NCBI GenBank assembly: GCA_965221125.1
Contig: CBDCRW010000003.1
Coordinates: 448,001 to 512,000 of the forward strand
Length of the DNA stretch: 64,000 nucleotides
Direction of reading: 5' to 3'
From: Alphaproteobacteria bacterium
GTDB taxonomy: Bacteria; Pseudomonadota; Alphaproteobacteria; UBA828
The notes beneath the pieces are model-generated. The model worked only from the letters and a program-made list of their open reading frames with translations, made no database searches and was not told the DNA's origin. This document shows, piece after piece, positions 17,755-31,010 of the stretch. How positions within the stretch are numbered: position 1 is the stretch's first letter; each line of letters begins with the position of its first letter. The position numbers and the translations under genes are program-made.

Positions 17755-17795
17755 CGGCCTAGCGCGCGGCCGGCAAGAATCCGCGCGCTAGGCCG
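17755..17795. repeat. Perfect 15-bp inverted repeat between ccmA and acnA
   Basis: CGGCCTAGCGCGCGG-N11-CCGCGCGCTAGGCCG. Confidence 0.85.
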
Positions 17796-17837
17796 CGCGA
17801 GGGCGCCAGGCGCCGAATTGAGAATGGGGGTAGTGCG

Positions 17838-20534
<2,697 letters not shown>

Positions 20535-20552
20535 ACGGCCGGCCGTAACTCT

Positions 20553-22205
20553 CTACTCGGCCGCCCGCTCGGCTGCCGGATCGCCCAGCGTCTCGAGCGC
20601 GAGCGCGCGGAGCTTGTGCTTCTGCACCTTGCCGCTCGCGGTCATGGGGAACGCGTCCACCGCCAGCACGTGGCGCGGGACCTTGAAGCTCGCGATGCGG
20701 CCCTTGCAGTAGGCGGCGATCGCCTCGCTCGTGACGGCAGCGCCCGGCGCGGTCACGACGAAGGCCACGGCGACCTCGGCAAGGCGGGGGTCGGGGTAGC
20801 CCACCACCGCCACCTGGTCGATGGCTTCATGGGCCATGAGGAAGGCCTCGACCTCCGCCGGCGAGACGTTCTCGCCGCCGACCTTGAGCTGGTCCTTGAA
20901 TCGGCCGACGAAGCGGATGTGGCCGTCGGCGCGGAGCAGCGCGGTATCGCCGGTGTGGAGCCACCCGTCGCCGTCGATGGCTTCCGCCGTCTCCTCGGGC
21001 TTCCTGTAGTAGCCCTGCGTGATCATGTAGCCGCGAATGAGCAGCTCGCCTTCCTCGCCGGCGGCGACCTCCCGCCCGGTCTCGGGGTCGACGACCTTGA
21101 TCTCGAAGCCCGGTGCCGGGAAGCCCGAGGCGTCCGAGCGCTGCTCGGGCGTGGAGTTGCCGAAGGACATGGTGGCGAAGGTGAAGGTCTCGGTCATGCC
21201 CCAGCCGGTGAAGGTGGGCACCATCTCCGCCTGCACCCGCCGGGCGATGCGGGCGGAGCTGGTCATGCCGGACGGGAAGGTGCCGAAGCGGAGACTCGAG
21301 ATGTCGCGCGGCGTGCGCGCGAGGGAGTCGAGATACTCCTTGTAGTGGGTGTCGAAGCCGTGGGTGATGGTTCCCCCCTCGGCCTCGACGAGGCGCATGC
21401 ACTCGTCGGCGTCGAAGCGGTCCAGCAGCACGTGCTTGGCCCCCGCGATCACCGCGATCAGCCCGGCCTCGCTGAAGCCATACATGTGGAAGAGCGGCAG
21501 CGGGTTGACGATGGCGTCCTCGAAGGTGAGGCCGATGCGGTTGGCGCGCTCGCGCATGTTGCGGATCATCACGTGCGTGTGGAGCACGCCCTTGGGATGC
21601 CCGGTGGTGCCCGAGGTGTAGCCGATCATCACCGGTGCGTCGGGATCGACCGCACGCGCACGCGCGGCCAGCGCGGCGTCGCTCACCGCCTCGCCGCCGG
21701 CCAGCATCGCCTCCCAGCCGAGCGTGCCGGGCACGTCGCTCTCGCCGAGAACGACCAGCCGGCGGAGGCGCGGGAAGCCCTCAATGGAGGCCGCGCGCGG
21801 ATCCTGCGCCGCCAGATCGGGCAGCACGTCCGCCAGCATGGCCGCGTAGTCGACGGGGCCGGAGCGGTCGATACTGATCCAGGTGCCGCTGTCGGACTGG
21901 CGAACCGTGTAGGCCACGTCGTCGGTGCGGTAGCGGGTGTTGAGGGGCACCAGCACGGCGCCGACCCTGGCGATGGCGAAGGTGAGGAACAGCCATTCCG
22001 GCCGGTTGTTCATCCAGAGCGCGACGTGCTCGCCCGGCTCCACGCCGAGCGCCATCAGCCCCTTGGCGACGCGGTCCACGTCGCGGTCGAATTCACGGTA
22101 CGCCCACCGCGCGCCGCCGCAGACCAGCGCGTCGCGCGCGCCCCAGCGCCGGGCCGCCTCCGCCGGCAGGTCGCCGAGCCGCTCCTTCGCGTACCAGTCG
22201 GGCAT
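20553..22205 (-). CDS. Acyl-CoA synthetase (AMP-binding enzyme)
   Basis: YTSGTTGHPKG, GWGMTE, WLHTGD, SGKVQK; ATG at 22205. Confidence 0.92.
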   Translation of the reverse strand: MPDWYAKERLGDLPAEAARRWGARDALVCGGARWAYREFDRDVDRVAKGLMALGVEPGEHVALWMNNRPEWLFLTFAIARVGAVLVPLNTRYRTDDVAYTVRQSDSGTWISIDRSGPVDYAAMLADVLPDLAAQDPRAASIEGFPRLRRLVVLGESDVPGTLGWEAMLAGGEAVSDAALAARARAVDPDAPVMIGYTSGTTGHPKGVLHTHVMIRNMRERANRIGLTFEDAIVNPLPLFHMYGFSEAGLIAVIAGAKHVLLDRFDADECMRLVEAEGGTITHGFDTHYKEYLDSLARTPRDISSLRFGTFPSGMTSSARIARRVQAEMVPTFTGWGMTETFTFATMSFGNSTPEQRSDASGFPAPGFEIKVVDPETGREVAAGEEGELLIRGYMITQGYYRKPEETAEAIDGDGWLHTGDTALLRADGHIRFVGRFKDQLKVGGENVSPAEVEAFLMAHEAIDQVAVVGYPDPRLAEVAVAFVVTAPGAAVTSEAIAAYCKGRIASFKVPRHVLAVDAFPMTASGKVQKHKLRALALETLGDPAAERAAE

Positions 22206-22216
22206 GGTCCTGGCCC

Positions 22217-24664
22217 TCAGCTCCGCAACTTCTCGCCCGCCGGATCGTAGAACGGCGTGAGCGAGACCGTCGCCGGCACGCGCTCGCCGGCGATATCGAC
22301 CTCGTAGGCGCCCGCGTCGAGCGTCTCCCACCGGCGCGGCTCCTCGCTCTCGAGGTAGCCCATGCCGACGGGCCGCTCGAAGCCGTAGCCGAAGGCCGCG
22401 GACGTGATGCGGCCCAGCACCCTGTCGTCGAGGTAGATCGTCTCGTCGTGGAACATGAAGGGCTCGGGCGCAGCGAGCATCACGTGGACGAGGCGCTGGG
22501 TGAGCCCGTCCGCCCGCTGGCGCTCCAGCGCCGCGCGACCGATGAAGTCGCAGTCCTTCCTGAACGAGACCGCGAAGCCGAGGCCGGCTTCCAGCGGGGT
22601 CTCGGCCTGCGTGATGTCGTGGCCCCAGTGGCGGTAGCCCTTCTCGCTCCGGAGCGAATCCATGGCGTGGATGCCGCAGAGCCTGACGCCGAGGTCCACG
22701 CCGGCCTCCATCAGCCGGTCGAAGATCGGCACGACGTACTCGGTCGCGATGTGCAGCTCCCAGCCCAGCTCGCCCACGTAGGAGACCCGCATCGCCCGTG
22801 CGTGCGCGTAGCCGATGTCGATCTCCCGGCAGGTGCCGAAGGGGAAGGCCTCGTTGGAGAGGTCGGCATCGCTGACCCGGCTCAGCAGCGTTCTGGCGTT
22901 GGGGCCCATCGCGGCGAGCACGCCGGAGCCCGATGTCACGTCGGTGAGATAGACCTGCGCGCCGTCGCTCAGGTTGCGCTCGATCCAGGTGAGGTCGCGA
23001 GTCTGGGAGGCCGCCGACGTCACAACCAGATAGCGGTCGCCCGCGAGCCGCGTGACGGTGAGGTCCGCCTCGATTCCGCCCCGCCTGTTGAGAAGCTGCG
23101 TGTAGACGACCTTGCCGGCCGGCACAGCAACGTCGTTGGCGCAGAGGCGTTGCAGCTCGCGCTCCGCGTCGGGGCCCTGGACCAAGTACTTCGCGAAGAA
23201 GCTCATGTCGAGGATGCCGACGGCGTTTCGCACGGCGGCGTGCTCGTCCCGCACGCAGTCGAACCAGTTCTGCTTGCCCCAGGCGTAGTCGTAGGCGGGC
23301 TCCACGCCGGCGGGCGCGAACCAGTTGGCGCGCTCCCACCCGGCGGCCTCGCCGAAGCAGGCGTTGTGGGCGGCGAGGCGCACGTGCAGCGGACTGAGGC
23401 GCACGGGGCGCGCGGTCTCCACCTGCCGATGCGGCCAGTGCATCTGGTAGAGCAGGCCGAGGCTTTCGCGGGTGCGGTCGGCCAGGTAGCGGCGGTTGTT
23501 CTGGAAGCCGGCGAAGCGCGCGATGTCGAGCTCAGCCACGTCCACCGTCGGCTGCCCCTCGACGATCCACTCCGACATCACCTTGCCGGCGCCGGCGGCG
23601 CTGAGGATGCCCTGGCTGTTGAAGCCGGCGGCGACGAAGAAGCGCGCAAGCTCGGGCGCCTCGCCGAGCACGAACTTGTTGTCCGGCGTGAAGCTCTCGG
23701 GCCCGTTCATGAACTGGCGGATCGGCGCCTGCTCGAGCACCGGCAGCAGCTCGATCGCGTTGGTCATGGGCAGCTCGAAATGGTCCCAGTCCTCCGCCAG
23801 CTCGACGAACTCGGCGCCTGCGGGCAGATTCTCCAGCGGCAGCGGCTTGCACACCGGCTCGAAAGAGCCGACGAGCAGACGGCCCGCATCCTCCTTCACG
23901 TAGATGTAGCCGTCGGTGTCGCGGATGATCGGCGCGTCGGGCGACAGCCCCTCGATGGGGTCGGTGACGACGTACATGTGCTCGGCGGCGTAGAGCGGCA
24001 CGCTCACGCCCGCCATCAGCCCGATCTCGCGGGCCCAGACGCCGCCGCAGTTGACGACGGTCTCGCAGGCGATGGTGCCGCGCTCCGTAAGGACGCCGGA
24101 GACCGCGCCGTTGCTGCGCTCGAAGCCGGTGACCGCGGTTTCCTCGAAGATGCGGGCACCGCCCGTGCGCGCACCCTTGGCGAGCGCCATCGCGGTATCG
24201 ACAGGATTGGCTTGGCCGTCGCCGGGGATGTAGATCGCGCCCTTGATCCGCGAGACGTCGATTTGCGGATAGAGCGTCTTCACCTCGTTCAGCCCGACCT
24301 CGTGGGCTTCGACGCCGAAGCAGTCGCCGAGCGCGGCCATGCGCCTGATCTCGGTGAGTCGTGCCTCGGTGCGCGCGACGGGCAGGCTGCCCTTGCGGCG
24401 AAAGCCCGTCGCCTGGCCGGTCTCGGCCTCCAGCGACTCGTAGAGGCCGACGGCATAGCGCGCGAGCTCGGTCAGCGTCGACGTCGCGCGGAGCTGGTTG
24501 ATGAGGCCGGCGGCGTGCCACGACGTGCCGCCGGTGAGGTGCCCGCGCTCGAGCAGGACCACGTCCCGCCGCCCGAGTTTGGCCAGATGATAGGCGATGC
24601 TGCAGCCGATGATGCCGCCGCCGACGATCACCACCTCGGCCTGGGTGGGCAAGGCCGCCGTCAT
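22217..24664 (-). CDS. Dimethylglycine/sarcosine dehydrogenase-like FAD oxidoreductase with GcvT domains
   Basis: GGGIIG, GTSWHAAG, NGPESFTPD, GWERANWF, YVGELGWE, LRSEKGY. Confidence 0.92.
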   Translation of the reverse strand: MTAALPTQAEVVIVGGGIIGCSIAYHLAKLGRRDVVLLERGHLTGGTSWHAAGLINQLRATSTLTELARYAVGLYESLEAETGQATGFRRKGSLPVARTEARLTEIRRMAALGDCFGVEAHEVGLNEVKTLYPQIDVSRIKGAIYIPGDGQANPVDTAMALAKGARTGGARIFEETAVTGFERSNGAVSGVLTERGTIACETVVNCGGVWAREIGLMAGVSVPLYAAEHMYVVTDPIEGLSPDAPIIRDTDGYIYVKEDAGRLLVGSFEPVCKPLPLENLPAGAEFVELAEDWDHFELPMTNAIELLPVLEQAPIRQFMNGPESFTPDNKFVLGEAPELARFFVAAGFNSQGILSAAGAGKVMSEWIVEGQPTVDVAELDIARFAGFQNNRRYLADRTRESLGLLYQMHWPHRQVETARPVRLSPLHVRLAAHNACFGEAAGWERANWFAPAGVEPAYDYAWGKQNWFDCVRDEHAAVRNAVGILDMSFFAKYLVQGPDAERELQRLCANDVAVPAGKVVYTQLLNRRGGIEADLTVTRLAGDRYLVVTSAASQTRDLTWIERNLSDGAQVYLTDVTSGSGVLAAMGPNARTLLSRVSDADLSNEAFPFGTCREIDIGYAHARAMRVSYVGELGWELHIATEYVVPIFDRLMEAGVDLGVRLCGIHAMDSLRSEKGYRHWGHDITQAETPLEAGLGFAVSFRKDCDFIGRAALERQRADGLTQRLVHVMLAAPEPFMFHDETIYLDDRVLGRITSAAFGYGFERPVGMGYLESEEPRRWETLDAGAYEVDIAGERVPATVSLTPFYDPAGEKLRS

Positions 24665-24886
24665 CGCTCAGTGGCCCGCATGGGACCTCCCGCATCGTGC
24701 TTCCGCATGGCGCTTGCGGATTCCCTAGCACGGGCGCGCACGCCGGAAAACGGAGCGCGGCGGAGCGGGCGCAGCGCGAGCCCCCGCCGGGCCCGCACGG
24801 GGTTTGCATTCCCGCGGCGCTCTTCGCATAGTGCGCGCCAACCGGGGTGGACCCGGCGATCGAACACCCGAAAGGAGAGGGAGACA

Positions 24887-25372
24887 ATGGCAGTCAGCGC
24901 GGGCGACAAGGTGCCGTCGGTGAACTTCAAGATGTTGACGGCGGACGGGCTCACGGACGTATCGAGCGACGACTATTTCGGCGGCAAGAAGACTGCTCTC
25001 TTCGCCGTCCCCGGCGCGTTCACGCCGACGTGTTCGGCCAAGCACGTGCCGAGCTTCCTGGCGCAGGCCGATGCGCTCAAGGCCAAGGGCGTCGATCAGA
25101 TCGCCTGCGTCTCGGTCAACGACGCGTTCGTGATGAAGGCCTGGGGCGCGGACACGGGCAGCGGCGATACCATCGACATGCTGGCGGACGGCAACGGCGA
25201 GTTCGCGCGGGCGACGGGGCTCACCCTCGACGCGCGCGGCTTCGGCCTGGGCGAGCGGACGACCCGGTTCTCCATGATCGTCGACGACGGCACGATCACC
25301 GCCCTCAACGTGGAGGAGAATCCGACCGAGATGGTCGTGAGCAGCGCGGAGCACATGCTCACCCAGCTCTGA
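24887..25372 (+). CDS. Peroxiredoxin, Prx5 type
   Basis: VPGAFTPTCSAKH, VNDAFVM.AW, DGNGEF; SD GGAGA. Confidence 0.93.
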   Translation: MAVSAGDKVPSVNFKMLTADGLTDVSSDDYFGGKKTALFAVPGAFTPTCSAKHVPSFLAQADALKAKGVDQIACVSVNDAFVMKAWGADTGSGDTIDMLADGNGEFARATGLTLDARGFGLGERTTRFSMIVDDGTITALNVEENPTEMVVSSAEHMLTQL

Positions 25373-25447
25373 GCGGGATATTCCGCGCGAGGCCCCGGAA
25401 AACGGCCCTTGCCTGACGGCCCGCGCGCACCACATTGTTGAACATCG

Positions 25448-25479
25448 GCGGCCGCAAGCGTGAGGGCGCTTGCGGCCGC
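25448..25479. other. Perfect 13-bp hairpin between the two peroxiredoxin genes
   Basis: GCGGCCGCAAGCG-TGAGGG-CGCTTGCGGCCGC; no U-tract. Confidence 0.6.
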
Positions 25480-25553
25480 TCTACCCTGTTTCGACAAGAC
25501 CGCATGCCAGTGCTGCGGCCGGCACGCGGGCGCCCACGAGGAGGCATCAGGCG

Positions 25554-26213
25554 ATGGCACTGAGGATTGGCGACGACGCACCCAACTTCACGGCGGACAC
25601 GACCGAAGGGTCGATCGACTTCCACGACTGGATCGGCGACGGCTGGGCCATTCTGTTCTCCCACCCCAAGGACTTCACGCCGGTCTGCACGACCGAGCTG
25701 GGCTACATGGCGGGGCTCAAGTCCGAATTCGAGAAGCGCAACTGCAAGGTCCTCGGGCTCAGCGTGGACGGCGTGAGCGACCACCACGCCTGGTCGAAGG
25801 ACATTGAGGAGACGCAGGGTCACGCGGTGAACTATCCGCTGATCGGCGACCCCGAGCTGAAGATCGCGACCCTCTACGAGATGCTGCCGGCGGGCGCGGG
25901 CACGACCTCCGAAGGGCGCACGGCGGTGGACAACCTCACCGTCCGCACCGTCTTCCTCATTGGCCCTGACAAGAAGATCAAGCTCTCCCTCACCTACCCG
26001 ATGAGCACCGGGCGCAACTTCGACGAGGTGCTGCGGGTGCTGGATTCGTGCCAGCTCACGGCGAAGCACAAGGTGGCGACGCCGGTGAACTGGAAGCAGG
26101 GCGAGGACGTGATCATCGTGCCGGCGGTCTCCGACGAGGAGGCCAGAAAGACCTACCCCGACGGCTGGAAGGCGCCCAAGCCCTATCTCAGGATCGTGCC
26201 GCAGCCCGAGTAG
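25554..26213 (+). CDS. Peroxiredoxin, Prx6 (1-Cys) type
   Basis: FSHPKDFTPVCTTE, YPMSTGRNFDE, KPYLR. Confidence 0.94.
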   Translation: MALRIGDDAPNFTADTTEGSIDFHDWIGDGWAILFSHPKDFTPVCTTELGYMAGLKSEFEKRNCKVLGLSVDGVSDHHAWSKDIEETQGHAVNYPLIGDPELKIATLYEMLPAGAGTTSEGRTAVDNLTVRTVFLIGPDKKIKLSLTYPMSTGRNFDEVLRVLDSCQLTAKHKVATPVNWKQGEDVIIVPAVSDEEARKTYPDGWKAPKPYLRIVPQPE

Positions 26214-26252
26214 CGGCGCGCGGCCCCGCCCCCCCCCTCCTCTCCCCGGCCC

Positions 26253-26370
26253 CTCCGCCTTCCCGGGCCGCAGGCCCGGACGGCGCGACCGCGCCGCGCG
26301 CGAAGCGCGTAGCCAAGCGAGCGGAGCGAGCGCCCGGCGCCTGAGGGATAAGAAAGAGTCGGGAGCAGGG
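26253..26370. repeat. Palindromic mosaic element family B, copy 2
   Basis: Reverse-complement near-copy of 2951-3066, between convergent genes. Confidence 0.85.
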
Positions 26371-26386
26371 AACGCTTGAGCTGGGG

Positions 26387-27229
26387 TTACGCCGCGCCGC
26401 CCACTTGCGGCGGCACGCGGTGCTCGATGGCAAGGGGCGAAAGCTCCGCGTGCACGCGGTTGAGGACGGCCGCCAGCGTCTCGGCCCACTCCTCGGCGCC
26501 ACCCCGCGTGCCGATCAGGTCCTGGCGCACCTCGAACTCGATATGCGGCAGGCCGCGCCCCTGGCCGTGCACGGGAATGGAATAGTCCGAGGGGCCGATG
26601 ATGGCGTAGGGCTCGTTGTCGCCGATAGTGAGGCCCGGCCGGATCGCGTCGAGCGCGTCCTTCAGCGGCTGAACCAGGCGGTCGTCGTGCTCATACAGAA
26701 GCCCGATCTCCCACGGGCGGACGAAGCCCTGGAAGACCGGCGTGAAGCTGTGGACCGCGATCAGCATTGGCACCGCGCCTGCGCCGATGACCCGGTCCAG
26801 ATAGGCGGCGATGGCGTCGTGGTAGGGCCAGAAGAGGGCGTCCGTCCGTTCCGCCGCCTCGGCTTCCGAGACCGCCTGGTTGGCCGGCACGAGCGTGCCG
26901 TCGCTCACCGGCGGTATGGCCGTGGGGCTTCCCAGCGGCCGGTTGCAATCGATGACCAGGCGCGAGTAGCCGGAGAGAAATGCCGGTGCGCCCAGCCGGG
27001 CGCTGAGGGATTCGGTGACCATCGCCGCGCCGATGTCCCAGCCGATGTGGCGGTCGAGCTCCGCCTGCTCGAGGCCGAGGCGCGTCATGTGGGCGGGGAC
27101 GGCGTTGCTCGCGTGATCGCAAACCAGCACGAACGCCGGATCGTCGGGGTCGGGTCCGATGCGCGTGCACGGCGGCGGATCGTCGCCGGTCATCCGCGAC
27201 GCGTCGAACCAGGGGATGGGCTGGCTCAC
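26387..27229 (-). CDS. N-formylglutamate amidohydrolase family
   Basis: VCDHAS, HIGWDIG, SRLVIDCNR, VHSFTP, GDNEPY, EVRQDL; GTGA overlap with rnd. Confidence 0.9.
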   Translation of the reverse strand: MSQPIPWFDASRMTGDDPPPCTRIGPDPDDPAFVLVCDHASNAVPAHMTRLGLEQAELDRHIGWDIGAAMVTESLSARLGAPAFLSGYSRLVIDCNRPLGSPTAIPPVSDGTLVPANQAVSEAEAAERTDALFWPYHDAIAAYLDRVIGAGAVPMLIAVHSFTPVFQGFVRPWEIGLLYEHDDRLVQPLKDALDAIRPGLTIGDNEPYAIIGPSDYSIPVHGQGRGLPHIEFEVRQDLIGTRGGAEEWAETLAAVLNRVHAELSPLAIEHRVPPQVGGAA

Positions 27230-28458
27230 GGCCCCTCCGCCGCGGCGAGAGGCTGAACGGGCGCCCGAGTACCATCGCCGGCGCCGTTGCCCTTGCCGTC
27301 GCAGGCGAGCAGGCGCAGCGTGCCGCGCTCCACCGAGAGCGCGAGGCGGCCGCTCACGAGGGCCAGCGCGTCGTCGCCAAAGAGCGAGCGGCGCCAGCCC
27401 TGCAGCGCCGGCACGCCGGCCGTCTCCCCGCGGGCGATCCGCTCCAGATCGTCGGCGCTCGCGATCAGCCGCCGCGCGACCCCGGTCTGCTCGCTCTTGA
27501 AGGTCAGCAGCACCTTGAGGAGGTCCGTCAACGCAGAAGGCGCCGACGACTTGTCGTTCCGGGCCGGCGGGCTGGGGCATTCCTCGTCGGGGAGCGCCAG
27601 GCCGCGCTTGACCGCCTCGAGCAGCGCCGTGCCGGTGGCGCTCTCGGCGGTCCGCTGGCTCACCGAGCGCAGCTTGGCAAGCTCCTTCACGGTGCGCGGG
27701 CGCTGCGCCGCGATTTCGCTGAGCGCGTTGTCGCGCAGGACCCAGGCGCGGGGCTTGTCGCGCCGGTCCGCCTCGATCTCGCGCCACGCCGCGAGCTCGC
27801 GCAGGATCGCGAGGTAGCGCCGATTGCCGCTGCGCACCTTGAGCCGCCGCCATGCCTCCTCGGGCGGCGCCTCGTAGGTGGCGCGGTCCGTGATCACGGC
27901 AAGCTCCTCGTCGAGCCACGAGCGCCGCCCGGTGCGCTCCAGCGTCGCCGCGAGTTTTTGGTAGACGACGCGCAGGTGGCTCACGTCGGAGAGCGCGTAG
28001 CGCAGCTGCCGCTCGGTCAGCGGCCGGCGCGCCCAGTCGGTGAAGCGCTGCGTCTTGTCGATGCGCCCGTTCGCGAGCTTCGCCACCAGCGTCTCGTAGC
28101 CGACCGAATCGCCGAAGCCGCAGACCATGGCGGCGATCTGGGTGTCGAAGAGCGGATGCGGCACGCCACCGGCGAGGGGTAGCAGCACCTCCACGTCCTG
28201 CCGCGCCGCGTGAAAGACCTTGAGGACGGGCGCACGAACCAGAAGCTCGTAGAGGGGGCTGAGGTCGATCCCGTTCGCGAGAGGGTCGACGGCGACCGGC
28301 TCGCCCTCCGGCGGGCCGATCTGCAGCAGGCAGAGCCTGGCGCGATAGCTGCTCTCGCGCATGAACTCGGTATCGACCGTGACGAACGCCGCCTCGCGCC
28401 ACGCCGCGCAGAGGCCGGCGAGCGTCGCGCTGTCGGCGATCAGCCGGGGTTCGCTCAC
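27226..28458 (-). CDS. rnd: Ribonuclease D
   Basis: VDTEFMRE, FHAARQD, FDTQIAA, TDWARRPL, YALSDV, HRDC region. Confidence 0.94.
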   Translation of the reverse strand: MSEPRLIADSATLAGLCAAWREAAFVTVDTEFMRESSYRARLCLLQIGPPEGEPVAVDPLANGIDLSPLYELLVRAPVLKVFHAARQDVEVLLPLAGGVPHPLFDTQIAAMVCGFGDSVGYETLVAKLANGRIDKTQRFTDWARRPLTERQLRYALSDVSHLRVVYQKLAATLERTGRRSWLDEELAVITDRATYEAPPEEAWRRLKVRSGNRRYLAILRELAAWREIEADRRDKPRAWVLRDNALSEIAAQRPRTVKELAKLRSVSQRTAESATGTALLEAVKRGLALPDEECPSPPARNDKSSAPSALTDLLKVLLTFKSEQTGVARRLIASADDLERIARGETAGVPALQGWRRSLFGDDALALVSGRLALSVERGTLRLLACDGKGNGAGDGTRAPVQPLAAAEGP

Positions 28459-28477
28459 GGGGCGCCGCAGGGCGGTA

Positions 28478-29653
28478 TCACGCGGCAGCCGCCTCGGTCG
28501 CCGGCACACTGTCGCCGCTCGCGGCGGCAAGGGCGGCGCTCTGGCCCGTGCCGGTGATCCAGCCGCCGCCCAGCACCCGGTCACGGTCGTAGAGGACGCA
28601 GGCCTGCCCCGGCGCGGTGGCGGCCTCCGGCTCCTCCAGCGTGACCTCTGCGGTGCCGTCGGCCGCGCGCACGAGCCGCGCCGCGGCACCGGGATGGCTG
28701 GAGCGGAGGCGTGCCACCACGGCCCGCGCCGCGCCGGGCGCCGGCATGTCCGATCCGATCCAGGCGAGCGGGCCGATGAAGACGCGATCGCGCAGCAGCG
28801 CCGCCTGCGGGCCGACGACGACCTCGCGCTTCGCGGCATCGACCGCGAGCACGTAGAGCGGCTCCGGCCCTGCGATGCCGAGGCCGCGGCGCTGGCCCAC
28901 GGTAAAGTGGATGATGCCCTGGTGGCGGCCGAGGACCCGGCCCGCCCGGTCGACGATGGCGCCGGGCTCGGAGGCGCCGGGGCGGAGCCGCTCGATCACG
29001 CCGGCATAGCGGCCCGACGGCACGAAGCAGATGTCCTGGCTGTCGGGCTTGGCGGCGACGGCGAGGCCGAGGCGGTCCGCCTGCGCCCGCACCTGCGCCT
29101 TCGGCATGCCGCCGAGGGGGAAGCGCAGGAATTCGAGCTGTTCTGGTGTCGTCGCGAAGAGGAAGTAGCTCTGATCCCTGGCATGGTCGATCGCGCGGTG
29201 AAGCTCGGGCCCTGCCGGCCCGGCCACGCGCCGGACGTAGTGCCCGGTGGCGAGCGCATCCGCCCCGAGATCGCGGGCGAGGGCCAGAAGGTCGCGGAAC
29301 TTCACGCGCTCGTTGCAGCGCACGCAGGGGATCGGCGTCTCGCCGCGCAGGTAGGCGTCGGCGAAGTCGTCGATCACCGCCTCCCTGAAGCGTTCCTCGT
29401 AGTCGAGGACGTAGTGGCGGATGCCGAGCCGGTCGGCCACGCGGCGGGCGTCGTAGATGTCCTCGCCGGCACAGCAGGCGCCGGGACGGTCGCGTGGCGC
29501 TCCTGCCGCGTAGAGCTGGAGCGTGATGCCCACCACCTCGTAGCCCGCCTCCGCCACGAGCGCGGCGGTCACCGACGAATCGACGCCGCCCGACATGGCG
29601 ACGACGACGCGGGCGCCGCGGCCGAGGCCGAGATCAAGGGAGGATGAGGGCAT
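28478..29653 (-). CDS. mnmA: tRNA 2-thiouridylase MnmA
   Basis: [40 protein letters not shown]. Confidence 0.97.
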   Translation of the reverse strand: MPSSSLDLGLGRGARVVVAMSGGVDSSVTAALVAEAGYEVVGITLQLYAAGAPRDRPGACCAGEDIYDARRVADRLGIRHYVLDYEERFREAVIDDFADAYLRGETPIPCVRCNERVKFRDLLALARDLGADALATGHYVRRVAGPAGPELHRAIDHARDQSYFLFATTPEQLEFLRFPLGGMPKAQVRAQADRLGLAVAAKPDSQDICFVPSGRYAGVIERLRPGASEPGAIVDRAGRVLGRHQGIIHFTVGQRRGLGIAGPEPLYVLAVDAAKREVVVGPQAALLRDRVFIGPLAWIGSDMPAPGAARAVVARLRSSHPGAAARLVRAADGTAEVTLEEPEAATAPGQACVLYDRDRVLGGGWITGTGQSAALAAASGDSVPATEAAAA

Positions 29654-29888
29654 GGCGCGCACTATAGGGTCGCTCCGGGTCGGCGCAAGTCGCCGACGCG
29701 CCCCGGTTGAAATCGCCGGGTTCCTCCCGCGTGCGCCGCGCGGCACCCGGAAACGTGGCGGCGATGAACGCGCGCGGGCGTGTCGGCTTGACTCCGATTT
29801 AGGCGGCCTCCTACGCTTCGATGGGTTGACAGCCCGTTACAGGAAAACGTCAGCCATCAGGCTGCGAGAACAATCAGGGAGAGCTTCA

Positions 29889-30998
29889 ATGAAATCGTTG
29901 AAACGATTGGCTGTGCTCGCATGCGCGAGCGCCTTCGTCGCTGGCGCTCTGTCCGCTCCATGGGCGACCGCGAAGGCCGAGGGGACAGGCACGCTCCAGG
30001 GCGACGGCAAGGCAATGGTGATGTTCGTCATGACGGCGTCGAACGTTTACGGCGCCAATCAGATCAAGGGGGCCGAGCAGGAAGCGGAGCGGCTCGGCTG
30101 GGATCTCACCGTGTTCCAGCACAACTTCTCCCAGCCGGAGCAGGACGCGCAGGTTCAGCAATACATCGCGAGCGGCGCTGAGCCGGAGGTCATCATCTTC
30201 TGGCCGTGGGTGGCCGATGCGGCGATCAACGCCGTGCGCCAGCTCTCGCGCCTCGCTCCGGTCATCCAGCTCACCCAGGAGCCGAACGAGCAGTCCTGGC
30301 CCTACGTCCAGGCGTACTCCGGCGCCAATCAGATCCTGATCGGCGAGACGCTCGGTCACATGATGCTGCAGGCCCGTGAGGCTGCGCGCGCTGCCGGCAT
30401 GGAGTTCAAGAGCCCCGAAGGGAACCTGCTGATATTCCAGCACCCCGAAGGCGAGAAGACCGGCGTCGAGCGGATGAAGGGGTTCCTGGCGGTGACCGCC
30501 GATGAGCCCTTCAACATCATCCACACCGAGTGGGGTCCCAACAGCCCCGAGACCGGCTACCAGATCGGCAGCCAGGTGGTGCCGAAATTCAAGGGCCAGT
30601 TCGACTTCCTGTTCGTGTCCAACCAGCAGGCGGCGAACGGCATCATCCGCGCTCTCAAGGAGAACGGGATTGCGCCGGGCCAGGACGTCTACATCGTTTC
30701 CGGCGACTGCTCAGGCAGTCTCGACGCGGTGAAGAACGGCGAGACCTTCGGCACCGGCATTCAGCCGGCCGCCGTCGAAGGCGCGCTCGCGGTCCGCTCG
30801 GCGGCCAAGTTCGTGGCCCACGGCCGGATCGAAGGCGACGTGATCCAGCTTGAGGTCGAGGCCGAGGCGCCCGAGGCCGAGAACACGCCGCCGGCGAAGT
30901 ACAACTACATGCCGCACGCTCCCGCGATCGGGGCGGAGGGTGTCGCCAACACGCGAATCTGGGGCTACACGGCGGACGAGATCTGCGCCGCCGGCTGA
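29889..30998 (+). CDS. Sugar ABC transporter substrate-binding protein (class I periplasmic binding fold)
   Basis: Signal peptide; heads a CUT2-type operon. Confidence 0.82.
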   Translation: MKSLKRLAVLACASAFVAGALSAPWATAKAEGTGTLQGDGKAMVMFVMTASNVYGANQIKGAEQEAERLGWDLTVFQHNFSQPEQDAQVQQYIASGAEPEVIIFWPWVADAAINAVRQLSRLAPVIQLTQEPNEQSWPYVQAYSGANQILIGETLGHMMLQAREAARAAGMEFKSPEGNLLIFQHPEGEKTGVERMKGFLAVTADEPFNIIHTEWGPNSPETGYQIGSQVVPKFKGQFDFLFVSNQQAANGIIRALKENGIAPGQDVYIVSGDCSGSLDAVKNGETFGTGIQPAAVEGALAVRSAAKFVAHGRIEGDVIQLEVEAEAPEAENTPPAKYNYMPHAPAIGAEGVANTRIWGYTADEICAAG

Positions 30999-31010
30999 AG
31001 ATTCCGTGCT

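Noticed and set aside
24750-24795. Third copy of repeat family B
   Set aside because: Only a loose GGAGCG-rich resemblance; the hairpin modules are absent
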